Shown in pieces: positions 7,685-15,691 of a DNA stretch of 25,578 nt. Every line of letters starts with the position of its first letter. Position 1 is the first letter of the stretch. The position numbers and the translations under genes are program-made. Source of the stretch: a virus. Below the pieces are notes generated by a model. The model searched no databases and was not told the DNA's origin. It saw nothing but the letters and a program-made list of their open reading frames with translations. The stretch lies in IMG/VR virus record IMGVR_UViG_3300040758_000113. One strand, given 5' to 3'.

Positions 7685-8934
7685 AGCTTGAAAATCTGCT
7701 AAACATTGACGAACTGAACAAGCAAATCAGGGAGGGTTTTATCAATGAGCGCCGTCACCCCGCACTGCCCCTGCGAATCCTGAATTACTCGAATCGTTGT
7801 ACTTTCGAGAATCACTGGTCTCTTGAAGCTTGTATCTGCCGTGGTCTGATTGTGGATGACGCCGGGGTGATTGTATCCAGACCCCCATCAAAATTTTTCA
7901 ACCTCAACCAAAGAGGACCCCACATTTTCCGCAACAATCAGGGGGAGTTGGAAGTTCAAGACGAGACGTTCACCCCAGAGTTCCTCCTCGGGCAGGCGAA
8001 GATGTGGAGGTCTCCTATAACCATCACCCGCAAGCTGGATGGGTGGGCGGGAATCTCGTGGCACTACGAGGGCATCTACGGGGTCGCCAGCCGGGGTTCC
8101 TTTGACTCGCCGGGGGCGCAGTATGCCACGGAGAAGGTGCAGAAGTTCGTCAAGTATAGGGCGTTCGCTGATTTCCTTCCCGAGGATACCACTCTGTTCT
8201 TTGAGATTATCTCCAAGATTACCAAGGTGGTTGTCCCCTACAACTTCGAGGGGCTGGTGCTTATTGCTGCCATTGCCAACGAGACCGGGGAGGAATTGGA
8301 ATACCCCGAGCTTGAGGCTTTCCACAAGCAGCTAAACAGCTATGCCAAGGACCGGGACTGGTGCCGGTTGGTGCCGAAGTTCGACATGTCGGTGGAAGAG
8401 TGCATGGCGGACAAGGACATGACGGAGGAGGGCTATGTTGCTGCCGTCTACCGGCCTCACTTCCCGCCTGTCCGGGCGAAGGTGAAGCTCGCCGAGTACT
8501 GTAGAATCCACAGGATTGTCACGGGAGTCACACCCCAGAAAATCTGGCAAGAAATGCACAATCCCATGTCTCCCTGGCTTGACCATAACAGCAAGCTGAA
8601 CCATAATACAGGTGAAGTCCTCTACGATTTGTCTGTTCCAAGGGACTTTGCCAAATGGGTCAAAGGTTGGCAGATGGGATTGTACAAGGCGTTCCACGAT
8701 AAGCTTTTGCAAGCCCTGAAAGCACAGAAGGCTTACAACGAGTTAGAGCGTGGCATCTACCCTGAGCACCGAAACAGGCTGCACTACTTGCATGGGTGTT
8801 TTCCCGTTGATATTGTCAATGCTGCCATCAAGCTAGAGAACGGCAACATTGTTGGAGCCTATGAGATTTTATGGAAGATGGTTCGTCCCTATGGTCGGGA
8901 GGAAACATACTATTTCGATGGCAAGGGAGAATGA
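7681..8934 (+). CDS. rnlA: RNA ligase, Rnl1 family (T4 RnlA-like)
   Basis: Collinear with T4 Rnl1: LEACICRGLIV matches T4 ALECRGIMF, RPPSKFFNLNQ matches RPMEKFFNLNE, and the nucleotidyltransferase motif I is ITRKLDGWAGIS (K-x-D-G lysine adenylation site), matching T4 LTKEDGSLVS. Confidence 0.88.
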   Translation: MKLENLLNIDELNKQIREGFINERRHPALPLRILNYSNRCTFENHWSLEACICRGLIVDDAGVIVSRPPSKFFNLNQRGPHIFRNNQGELEVQDETFTPEFLLGQAKMWRSPITITRKLDGWAGISWHYEGIYGVASRGSFDSPGAQYATEKVQKFVKYRAFADFLPEDTTLFFEIISKITKVVVPYNFEGLVLIAAIANETGEELEYPELEAFHKQLNSYAKDRDWCRLVPKFDMSVEECMADKDMTEEGYVAAVYRPHFPPVRAKVKLAEYCRIHRIVTGVTPQKIWQEMHNPMSPWLDHNSKLNHNTGEVLYDLSVPRDFAKWVKGWQMGLYKAFHDKLLQALKAQKAYNELERGIYPEHRNRLHYLHGCFPVDIVNAAIKLENGNIVGAYEILWKMVRPYGREETYYFDGKGE

Positions 8935-8995
8935 ATATCAAAAAATGAACTACCCAGTGCTTAGATAAATGCAAATTCACTAGGTGGGTTCATAA

Positions 8996-9844
8996 ATGCC
9001 GACTAAGACTAATGATAGTATAATCGCACAAATCCTGAGTCTGCACCAGCAAGGGCTGAAGGACAAGGAGATTGCCGATAAGCTCGGAACGAGCAAGACC
9101 AACGTCCAGCATTATCTGGAGGGCAGGAGGGTCGTCCATAGGCGCAAGAAGGGTGACAAAACCCCCATAACCGATGATATACGGAGACAGATTATCCAGT
9201 TGCATGCTGGGGGCCTGAATGATTGGGAGATTGCCAGCGAACTTGATATAGGAAAGAGCACAGTCTCCTCATTTTTGCTTGGGAAGCGGGTCATCAACCA
9301 TAAGCCAAGAAGGCAATACACGGGGGATGGTCACATCATCTGTTCTATATGCAAGCACTCCAAGTCCTCTGATGAGTTCGGCTCTCCAAGGTCAAACGGA
9401 AGGACGATATCCGAGTCATCGTTCTGCAAGGAGTGCCAGAGAGATAAGACCTTCAAGCGGCTATCCGACCCGTTAACCTATCTCCGCAAGCGGGTGAACG
9501 ACTTGGCGGCAAGGTCCCGGAAACTCGGGGTCATTTTCAGACTGACGGTAGAAGACGCTTGGAGGATATATACTGAACAAAGGGGTAAGTGCTTTTACAC
9601 AGGCGAACAGATGGCGCTTGCCCCCCGTTCAAAGGTGGCGGGCTTAAGAACATCATTGTCCTTTGACAAGGTAGTTCCAGAGCGGGGGTATGAGGAGAGC
9701 AATGTAGTCCTGTGTACCTACAAGGCAAACGCCGTCAAGCAGGACTTGACCTTGGACGAGATACGTGATTGGCTTCCGGGATGGTATCAAAAGTTGAAGG
9801 CATGTAGCCGTCTCGGCATAGGAAACATAATGTGCGCTCTTTGA
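8996..9844 (+). CDS. tandem-HTH + zinc-ribbon protein with a degenerate HNH-like C-terminal domain (paralog of 6255)
   Basis: Two HTH units: LKDKEIADKLGTSKTNVQHYL and LNDWEIASELDIGKSTVSSFL. Ribbon CSIC…CKEC. C-terminus CFYTGEQ…LSFDKVVPERGYEESNVVLCTYKANAVKQD, which is HNH-like with D-K at the catalytic position and only 2 of the 4 Zn Cys. AGGTGG ribosome-binding site. Base composition is closer to the backbone than the intact endonuclease genes. Confidence 0.75.
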   Translation: MPTKTNDSIIAQILSLHQQGLKDKEIADKLGTSKTNVQHYLEGRRVVHRRKKGDKTPITDDIRRQIIQLHAGGLNDWEIASELDIGKSTVSSFLLGKRVINHKPRRQYTGDGHIICSICKHSKSSDEFGSPRSNGRTISESSFCKECQRDKTFKRLSDPLTYLRKRVNDLAARSRKLGVIFRLTVEDAWRIYTEQRGKCFYTGEQMALAPRSKVAGLRTSLSFDKVVPERGYEESNVVLCTYKANAVKQDLTLDEIRDWLPGWYQKLKACSRLGIGNIMCAL

Positions 9845-9933
9845 CCTCAGACAGCGGCGGCGGTCGCCGCCAGCACGGCAATAGGGATGACTTGGTGGAG
9901 ATATTGGCGCTACCGAGCCTTTCAGACTTGGAG

Positions 9934-10155
9934 ATGGGTATGTTCAAGGTGGGAGACAAAGCGGAAACCACAACCGGTCTCTCCGGGACGCTGACTGATT
10001 ACGATGTGATATTTGGGAGATTTTTTCTCAGGTGTCCCGATGGATTCGGGTTGTGGGTACACCCCGAGAACCTCAAGTTACCGCTCGGGAACAAATGCCC
10101 TGTAAACGAGACAAATGAGACAGATGTTCCCGTTCGGGAACGGAGCAACATATGA
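9934..10155 (+). CDS. small hypothetical protein (73 aa)
   Basis: In-frame ATG 9934 preceded by CTTGGAG. The track ORF 9832-10155 would overlap the upstream stop region, so the start is uncertain. Confidence 0.4.
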   Translation: MGMFKVGDKAETTTGLSGTLTDYDVIFGRFFLRCPDGFGLWVHPENLKLPLGNKCPVNETNETDVPVRERSNI

Positions 10156-10691
10156 AACAGAGCCGATTCTATATCCACTATATTCTGACTGACAAGGGGG
10201 AGGAATCCATCGAGTTTTCCGACAAGCTTTGTAAGCTACTCCGGGAGCGCTTTCCTGCGGACACGTTCTTCCAGAAATTCACCCCGGAAGTCATGAATCC
10301 CAACCTCCCCGGTACGCCCGGTATGGACCGCACTACCCTGACGTGGAAGCCGGTGGAGAATTCTAAGGTTCTGCTCATTGGCATTGGTGTCGGCGGCTTG
10401 TTCGGTTACCGATTGCAGCTTGAGAAAGAGTTTGAAGGTGTATCCCTCATCGCCGTCTGTCCGCCGCCCGGCCTCAGCCTTGCCCCCGCAGGAGGTCCAA
10501 GAGCGGTGCTGTACGGCTCCAAGGAAGGCGTGTACTCCCTTCCCATTGAGAAGTACCATGTGCCGCACACGCAGACCTTTGGCATCCCGTCCCTCCAGCA
10601 TGGTCCCCAACTGGCGTTCTATGCCATCGCCTACTTGGTGGACAAGTACATGCAAGAAGAGGACTTACTGCCGGAAATGAGAAAGTTATGA
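10152..10691 (+). CDS. hypothetical protein (179 aa)
   Basis: ATGA overlap with the upstream stop. GGAGC ribosome-binding site. No motif recognised. Confidence 0.6.
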   Translation: MKQSRFYIHYILTDKGEESIEFSDKLCKLLRERFPADTFFQKFTPEVMNPNLPGTPGMDRTTLTWKPVENSKVLLIGIGVGGLFGYRLQLEKEFEGVSLIAVCPPPGLSLAPAGGPRAVLYGSKEGVYSLPIEKYHVPHTQTFGIPSLQHGPQLAFYAIAYLVDKYMQEEDLLPEMRKL

Positions 10692-10921
10692 TACAGGGAC
10701 CACCGCCGACAAAACGGGAACCTGAGTGGCGTCCAATACCGGATTACGGGGACGTATACACCATTGAGGATTTTTATCGCAACATTGCCCCCGTGGTGGG
10801 AAGCGACGGTATAGGATACTACGCCCGGCCTCCCTTGATGTCAGACGAGCGCATCAACCCCTGCGTGTGGGACCACAACTTTGACGAGCTTTACACCCAC
10901 ATAATCTGGTTTAATTGTTAA
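10688..10921 (+). CDS. small hypothetical protein (77 aa)
   Basis: ATGA overlap, so coupled translation is likely. Confidence 0.5.
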   Translation: MIQGPPPTKREPEWRPIPDYGDVYTIEDFYRNIAPVVGSDGIGYYARPPLMSDERINPCVWDHNFDELYTHIIWFNC

Positions 10922-10957
10922 AAACAACTTCCTAATACTATTATGGGGGAGGTTGTT

Positions 10958-11692
10958 ATGTTCATTTATCTAATCGTCAATAGTATAACAGGAAAATACT
11001 ATGTTGGGCAGCACAAGGGAAATAACTTAACAAAGTATCTACAGCAAAAATTCAATCATGCCCAGACGGGAATCTCCACCCGTTCCCACCTCTATAATTC
11101 AATGAGAGCACACCCTGACCCTAAAGTCTGGTCTATTCATGCTCTCCGGTCGGATATCCAGACAAGAAAAGAACTTAATGAAATTGAACAAGATTTTATT
11201 AAGTTTCTAAAGTCTCAAGACTCAGAGTATGGCTATAACATCTGCCGAGAAGGGGAAGGATTTACGGGGCCTGTATCTCAAGAAAGTCGCCAAAGAATGT
11301 CCCAAGCTCAGAAAAAAAGATGGTCTGACAATAAACTTCGTGCCGAGAAAAGTGAAACCAGTAGAGAGGTGTGGGCTAAAAATCCAACCCTTCGTGCTAA
11401 AGTCACTAAAGCCGTAATTAAAACATGGGCTAACTCGGAACTTCGTACCCTTCGTTCAGAAATTAGCAAAAAACTGTGGGATAATTCCGACTTTAGAAAA
11501 ATGGTTAAAGAAAGCAGAAAGAGGGGTAAAAAATGGAAGTTAACTCCTCAAGGACTTGAAAAAATAAAAAGGTATCATATGGGTATAAAGCTAACCGATG
11601 AATCACGAAAGAAAATAAGTGGGGGAATAAGAAGAGCTTGGATAGATGGTAAGTATAACAAGAGAGTAACTAAACACATAACAAAAACGTAG
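10958..11692 (+). CDS. GIY-YIG homing endonuclease (I-TevI-like) with NUMOD3-type repeats
   Basis: MFIYLIVNSITGKYYVGQ…YGYNI is the GIY-YIG core. The downstream basic region has repeated S-x-E-x-R-x-K-x-S motifs. Start set at ATG 10958, preceded by GGGGGAGG, rather than track ATG 10943. Strongly AT-rich island. Confidence 0.85.
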   Translation: MFIYLIVNSITGKYYVGQHKGNNLTKYLQQKFNHAQTGISTRSHLYNSMRAHPDPKVWSIHALRSDIQTRKELNEIEQDFIKFLKSQDSEYGYNICREGEGFTGPVSQESRQRMSQAQKKRWSDNKLRAEKSETSREVWAKNPTLRAKVTKAVIKTWANSELRTLRSEISKKLWDNSDFRKMVKESRKRGKKWKLTPQGLEKIKRYHMGIKLTDESRKKISGGIRRAWIDGKYNKRVTKHITKT

Positions 11693-11742
11693 AACATTAA
11701 GGATAACTGTAGATTTTTGGTTTTTCACTAAAATGATGGAGT

Positions 11743-11761
11743 TTCGTGGTATACTGTAGGT
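11743..11761 (+). promoter_or_regulatory. Promoter-like box copy 3: TTCGTGGTATACT directly abutting the start codon, implying a leaderless or very short-leader mRNA
   Basis: ttcgtggtatact at 11743-11755. The TATACT hexamer ends 6 nt before ATG 11762. The conserved GGAGAC of copies 1 and 2 here overlaps codons 2-3 (ATG GAG ACT). Confidence 0.45.
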
Positions 11762-12289
11762 ATGGAGACTATTCCACAGGTTATCGCTTCCGAGCTTTCC
11801 TACCGCCGCCAGTACTATGACGCCGGGCCGACTTCCGGGATGAAGTGTCGATTCTGTTCTCAACCCATCCAATTTGTCTTTCTGCTTAAGGACCCGTGGG
11901 GCGGAACCCTGCCCATCGGCGAATGTTGTTTCCTCAAGCTCAAAGAGGTCAATCCTGCGGTCTACACCGGTCTGGTAGCCAGCTTGATTATGTTGCAGGG
12001 AGCGGCTAAGGACCAGCAATCAGACATCGACCAACAGGCTGAGGCAGGACTGGTCATTACTCACCGGGACGCCTACAAGATGCTCCTCCGAAGCGGACGT
12101 GCCCGCATCACAGCATACCGGGTAGCCTCCGGGGAGAAGGAGTGGTTGCCAAAGTCTCTTTTTGAGTTGCGGAAAGAGATGCGAATAGCCCCCACCACCA
12201 ATGCCCGCAAGACTAATAAGTCCCTTATCCGCTGGTATCAACGCCGGATTGGCGTCCTGCAAGAAAAGCTCTCCCAACCCCAACAGTAA
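11762..12289 (+). CDS. hypothetical protein (175 aa)
   Basis: Clean ORF immediately after promoter box 3. Contains a CRFC…ECC Cys cluster. Confidence 0.6.
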   Translation: METIPQVIASELSYRRQYYDAGPTSGMKCRFCSQPIQFVFLLKDPWGGTLPIGECCFLKLKEVNPAVYTGLVASLIMLQGAAKDQQSDIDQQAEAGLVITHRDAYKMLLRSGRARITAYRVASGEKEWLPKSLFELRKEMRIAPTTNARKTNKSLIRWYQRRIGVLQEKLSQPQQ

Positions 12290-12334
12290 AGTTTGCCCTA
12301 TCAGTATCTTTTATAGACGGACTGGAGGCGGCAA

Positions 12335-12613
12335 GTGGTAAACAAGCTCTATCTCAGGGCAAACGGCATTGACATATCTAAGGCCCGAGTGCGGAACAAA
12401 CTGGTCAATGGCTCCCCCTTTGGCGGCAGTGAAGTGGTTATCGAAGTACCTCCCATGGAGCATATGCCCGGCTTGGGGGAGATAACTTTGGAAGATGCTA
12501 GAATTCCCGGACTTCCTGATTTTAAGTTAGAGGTAAAGCAAGGGAACGGCGATTGGAGAACCGTAAGTATTCCTGAACTTAAAGCGATTTTGGCTGGAAA
12601 ACCAAATGGCTAA
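12335..12613 (+). CDS. hypothetical protein (92 aa)
   Basis: GTG start, with GGAGG 6 nt upstream. Confidence 0.5.
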   Translation: MVNKLYLRANGIDISKARVRNKLVNGSPFGGSEVVIEVPPMEHMPGLGEITLEDARIPGLPDFKLEVKQGNGDWRTVSIPELKAILAGKPNG

Positions 12614-12866
12614 GAAGAAGAGACAACCCGAGCTAGACGAGCTTCTTTTCCAAGACGAAACCCCTCCCGAGGAGGAGAGGGACGACCTTCTCTTTGACGA
12701 CCCGGAGGAGGAATCCCAAGAGTCTGACGAAGAGGAAGAGGAAGAACTTATCCCCGAGCTTGAAATTGGAGAAAACGGACACATCCGTCCGCACCACAAG
12801 CGGGGTCGCCGGGAAGATGACGAAGAAGAGGACTCGCCGGTAGTACTGGACTGGGATGAACTGTAA
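12606..12866 (+). CDS. extremely acidic small protein (Asp/Glu-rich, poly-E tract); candidate DNA mimic or disordered acidic chaperone-like protein
   Basis: ATGGCTAA start/stop overlap with the upstream gene. Asp/Glu make up well over a third of the 86 residues, including DEEEEEELIPELE. Basic N-terminus (MAKKKRQ). Sits immediately upstream of the SNF2 helicase. Confidence 0.55.
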   Translation: MAKKKRQPELDELLFQDETPPEEERDDLLFDDPEEESQESDEEEEEELIPELEIGENGHIRPHHKRGRREDDEEEDSPVVLDWDEL

Positions 12867-12899
12867 TTAAAAGTAAGCAAACCACAGTATTAACCGTTA

Positions 12900-14816
12900 A
12901 TGAGCGAATCCATTTGTCCTCTTATAACCCAATACACTAACGAATTGGGAATAGACCCGCAAGTGCTTGAAAGACTGTATCTTATCCGAAAGTGGGACAT
13001 TGACCCCAACCACCCAGAAATCACTCCCATACCATTCAAATGGCCGTCTCTTCTAAGGACCAAAGTACTCAACTTTGATACCGGGCAAGAGGAGGAGCCC
13101 CTTAATATCAGGGAATATCAGAAGGTTCAAATTCATCATCTATCACGGATGAACCGCTTTATAAATGGAGATAATGTCGGACTTGGAAAGACCATTGATG
13201 CCATCGCTGCCTGTTGTTGGCTAAAGGATAGATTACCAGACATAAAGACCGTAGTAATTACGACTAGGAGTACTACCCACCAGTGGTTCGATGAATTATC
13301 TCGATTCAGCAACCTACGTCCTTTTGTGATGCGGGATATTTATCGAGGGAAGAAATCCTCCGAATCCAGGTATCAGCAACTTCGTGATTTCTTGATGGGA
13401 AATAAGAAGGATGTACTTATATGCAAATACTCTTCTATGATAGGGGTAAGGAAGAGAGTAGAGGGACGGTTTGATGAAGATGGAAATCCCGTAAATAATG
13501 GAAAAGAGAGGATTTCGCAAGAGATAAAGACATTTTCAGAGATTCTCAAAGAGTACAAAGACAAGACTATTCTGATATTTGACGAATGCCATAGATTCAA
13601 AAGTCGGGGCACCCAGACCCGTGCCTTAGTTATGGCTTTAGCCAAGCAGGGGCGGTGGGTGTGGGGGCTTACCGGAACTGTTATGAAGAACTCTCTCGAT
13701 GAGTTTTATAATGTGGCTTCAGCAATCGGAATCAAGCCATTTGGGAGCTTATGGGACTTTGATGAGGAATTTTGTCTATTCCGAAAGCAGTATATTGGAA
13801 GAGGCCGTCATATCCGGGTTCTTGCTGGGTATAAGAATGTAGAGAAATTTAAGCAGGGTATTCGTCCCTTTTACTTAGGTAGGAGTCAGAGGCAAGTCAA
13901 GGAGCCGCTTCCACGTCTAGTCACCATCTACCATCCGGTGGAACTGGACGAAAGACAGAAAAAGCTTTTGCTGGAGGATATACCTTCAGGTAAATTCCAA
14001 CTTCCTCCATCCTTGGTTAAAGTAGCGGGGGAAGTCTATGAGCAGGAGAGGGACCCTGATAACCAAATGACTCAGCTTTCAGTTCAGCAATTGGTTGCAA
14101 ATCATTGGGCATTGCTTGACCCGTCAAATGAGAAGGACTTTCATATAAAAACATTAAGCCCCAAAGAAGAGTCGTTGCTTGACCTTCTGGATGGTGATTT
14201 GTTGGGGGAAAAAGTTATTGTTTTCACTAAATACCGAACCTTTATAGACCGGCTTGACTGGCTGACGAAAAATGGGCACTTTACTAGCCGCAAGTTTCTC
14301 AGAATTACAGGACGGGAAAATGAGAAGCAAAGAAATGAAAGTAAGCGGTTGTTTCAATCTCCTGATTCCGGCTACGACCTAATCGTTATAAACTCCGCTG
14401 GATTCGAGGGTATTAACCTTCAGCAAGCTCCCAATATGGTATGTCTTGATGTCCCCTGGTCGTTTGGAGACATGCTCCAACTAGTTGGTAGGATGGTAAG
14501 GATGGCGTCTCCACACACAGTGTGTACTCTACACATTCTTCCGGCAAGGGGAACAGTGGATGAATATGCCATAGATACGCTTAAGAACAAGAGGGGGGTC
14601 TTTGCAAAGATTCTGGGGGGGTCTTATACAACAGGCTTGTTAGATAATGAGGAGTGCCTTGATTTAGATGCTGGTAGTATAGAGTCCGCCGCCTCCGATA
14701 ATGAGTTTCGTTCTCTACTCAAGGCGCATTGCAAAAAACTTAGTCTGGGGAAGTTCTTAAAGGGGGAGTTTCTGGGAATTTCTAGCAAAGAAGACGAAAG
14801 AGTAATGGATGATTAA
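12900..14816 (+). CDS. SNF2/Rad54-family helicase (DEAH-box superfamily 2 ATPase)
   Basis: Motif I GDNVGLGKTIDAIAA, motif II ILIFDECHRFKS, motif III GLTGTVMKNSLDEFYNV, motif V LIVINSAGFEGINLQ, motif VI QLVGRMVRMAS. Confidence 0.9.
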   Translation: MSESICPLITQYTNELGIDPQVLERLYLIRKWDIDPNHPEITPIPFKWPSLLRTKVLNFDTGQEEEPLNIREYQKVQIHHLSRMNRFINGDNVGLGKTIDAIAACCWLKDRLPDIKTVVITTRSTTHQWFDELSRFSNLRPFVMRDIYRGKKSSESRYQQLRDFLMGNKKDVLICKYSSMIGVRKRVEGRFDEDGNPVNNGKERISQEIKTFSEILKEYKDKTILIFDECHRFKSRGTQTRALVMALAKQGRWVWGLTGTVMKNSLDEFYNVASAIGIKPFGSLWDFDEEFCLFRKQYIGRGRHIRVLAGYKNVEKFKQGIRPFYLGRSQRQVKEPLPRLVTIYHPVELDERQKKLLLEDIPSGKFQLPPSLVKVAGEVYEQERDPDNQMTQLSVQQLVANHWALLDPSNEKDFHIKTLSPKEESLLDLLDGDLLGEKVIVFTKYRTFIDRLDWLTKNGHFTSRKFLRITGRENEKQRNESKRLFQSPDSGYDLIVINSAGFEGINLQQAPNMVCLDVPWSFGDMLQLVGRMVRMASPHTVCTLHILPARGTVDEYAIDTLKNKRGVFAKILGGSYTTGLLDNEECLDLDAGSIESAASDNEFRSLLKAHCKKLSLGKFLKGEFLGISSKEDERVMDD

Positions 14817-15348
14817 TCCATCCATGGCAATAAATAAGAAAAAACGGGGGCATAACACTGAGTACGCCTTCTTGTGTAGAGGTTGCGGTCGGGAAATTTG
14901 GAGACGAGGTTGCTATCTTTCTAAAAACGACTCTCCTGGGTACTGTCACACGTGCGGAAATAGAAAAATTTGGAGTTGCAAACTTCAACCATTTGAGCAC
15001 ATCTTAACCTATCTGAAAAGACAAAATCACCCCGTTTTCTTATCCTACGAAGAATTGTTGGAATTCACACATATAGAAACCTGTGAATATTGTGGCTCAT
15101 TGGTCTCATGGGAGTCAAGAAAATCATTTAAGCGTTGTACCCATGCAACAAACCTAGATAGAAAAAACAATAGCCTTGGATATTCTAAAGATAACTGTGT
15201 TGTTTGTTGTTGGGAATGTAACCGGGTAAGGGGGAATGTATATTCATATTATGAAATGAAGAAAATTGGAAAGTTGCTAAAAATCTTGAAAAATTCAAAG
15301 AAATCCAGTAATAATAAAGGGGAATGCAATGAGCAATATGGTGGTTAG
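14809..15348 (+). CDS. HNH-like endonuclease (Asp-Arg variant), AT-rich
   Basis: CEYCGSLVSWE…NLDRKNNSLGYSKDNCVVCCWECNRVRG has the same architecture as the 2239 C-terminus, with all four Zn Cys present and D-R at the catalytic position. Overlaps the SNF2 stop by 8 nt. AT-rich. Confidence 0.75.
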   Translation: MINPSMAINKKKRGHNTEYAFLCRGCGREIWRRGCYLSKNDSPGYCHTCGNRKIWSCKLQPFEHILTYLKRQNHPVFLSYEELLEFTHIETCEYCGSLVSWESRKSFKRCTHATNLDRKNNSLGYSKDNCVVCCWECNRVRGNVYSYYEMKKIGKLLKILKNSKKSSNNKGECNEQYGG

Positions 15349-15691
15349 GTCGGTGACTATCTCCTTGGAGCTTGCCGACAAGGAGTTTGGCAACGGCATG
15401 AGCCGGTTCTTCAATATCAAGGGGGCTTACCAAGAGGGCGACACTCCCTTGGAAGAGGTCGCTGATGTGGTCGATGACAGCCTGACCATGTTTATGGCCG
15501 CTTGGAAATCTTTGCTCGGAAGTAAGTGTGCGCAGGGCAAGATTGACGGCAAAACCATGCAGGATGAAGTACGGAAGGTTATCAAGCGGACAACGAAGGT
15601 TCAAGCCTATCTCAGGAAAGAAGATGGGAGTGAACCAATCACAAACGGACCCCCGGCAGGAACAGAGGGTCAATCAGAGGGAACTTCATGA
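15329..15691 (+). CDS. hypothetical protein (120 aa)
   Basis: AAAGGGGAA ribosome-binding site. Coding-like composition. Confidence 0.5.
   Translation: MSNMVVRSVTISLELADKEFGNGMSRFFNIKGAYQEGDTPLEEVADVVDDSLTMFMAAWKSLLGSKCAQGKIDGKTMQDEVRKVIKRTTKVQAYLRKEDGSEPITNGPPAGTEGQSEGTS

Noticed and set aside
9845-9875. GC hairpin GGCGGC-GGTC-GCCGCC just after the 8996 stop
   Set aside because: There is no downstream U-tract, so it is not a convincing intrinsic terminator. It may be a stabilising stem or coincidental GC palindrome. It is noted but not called.
12527-12880. Ser-rich 117-aa minus-strand ORF, and apparent nucleotide repetitiveness (GAA/GAG runs) at 12640-12850
   Set aside because: This mirrors the poly-Glu/Asp codons of the + strand acidic protein: GAG/GAA read on the opposite strand give CTC/TTC and Ser-rich frames. 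It is codon-level low complexity, not a tandem repeat or CRISPR array.
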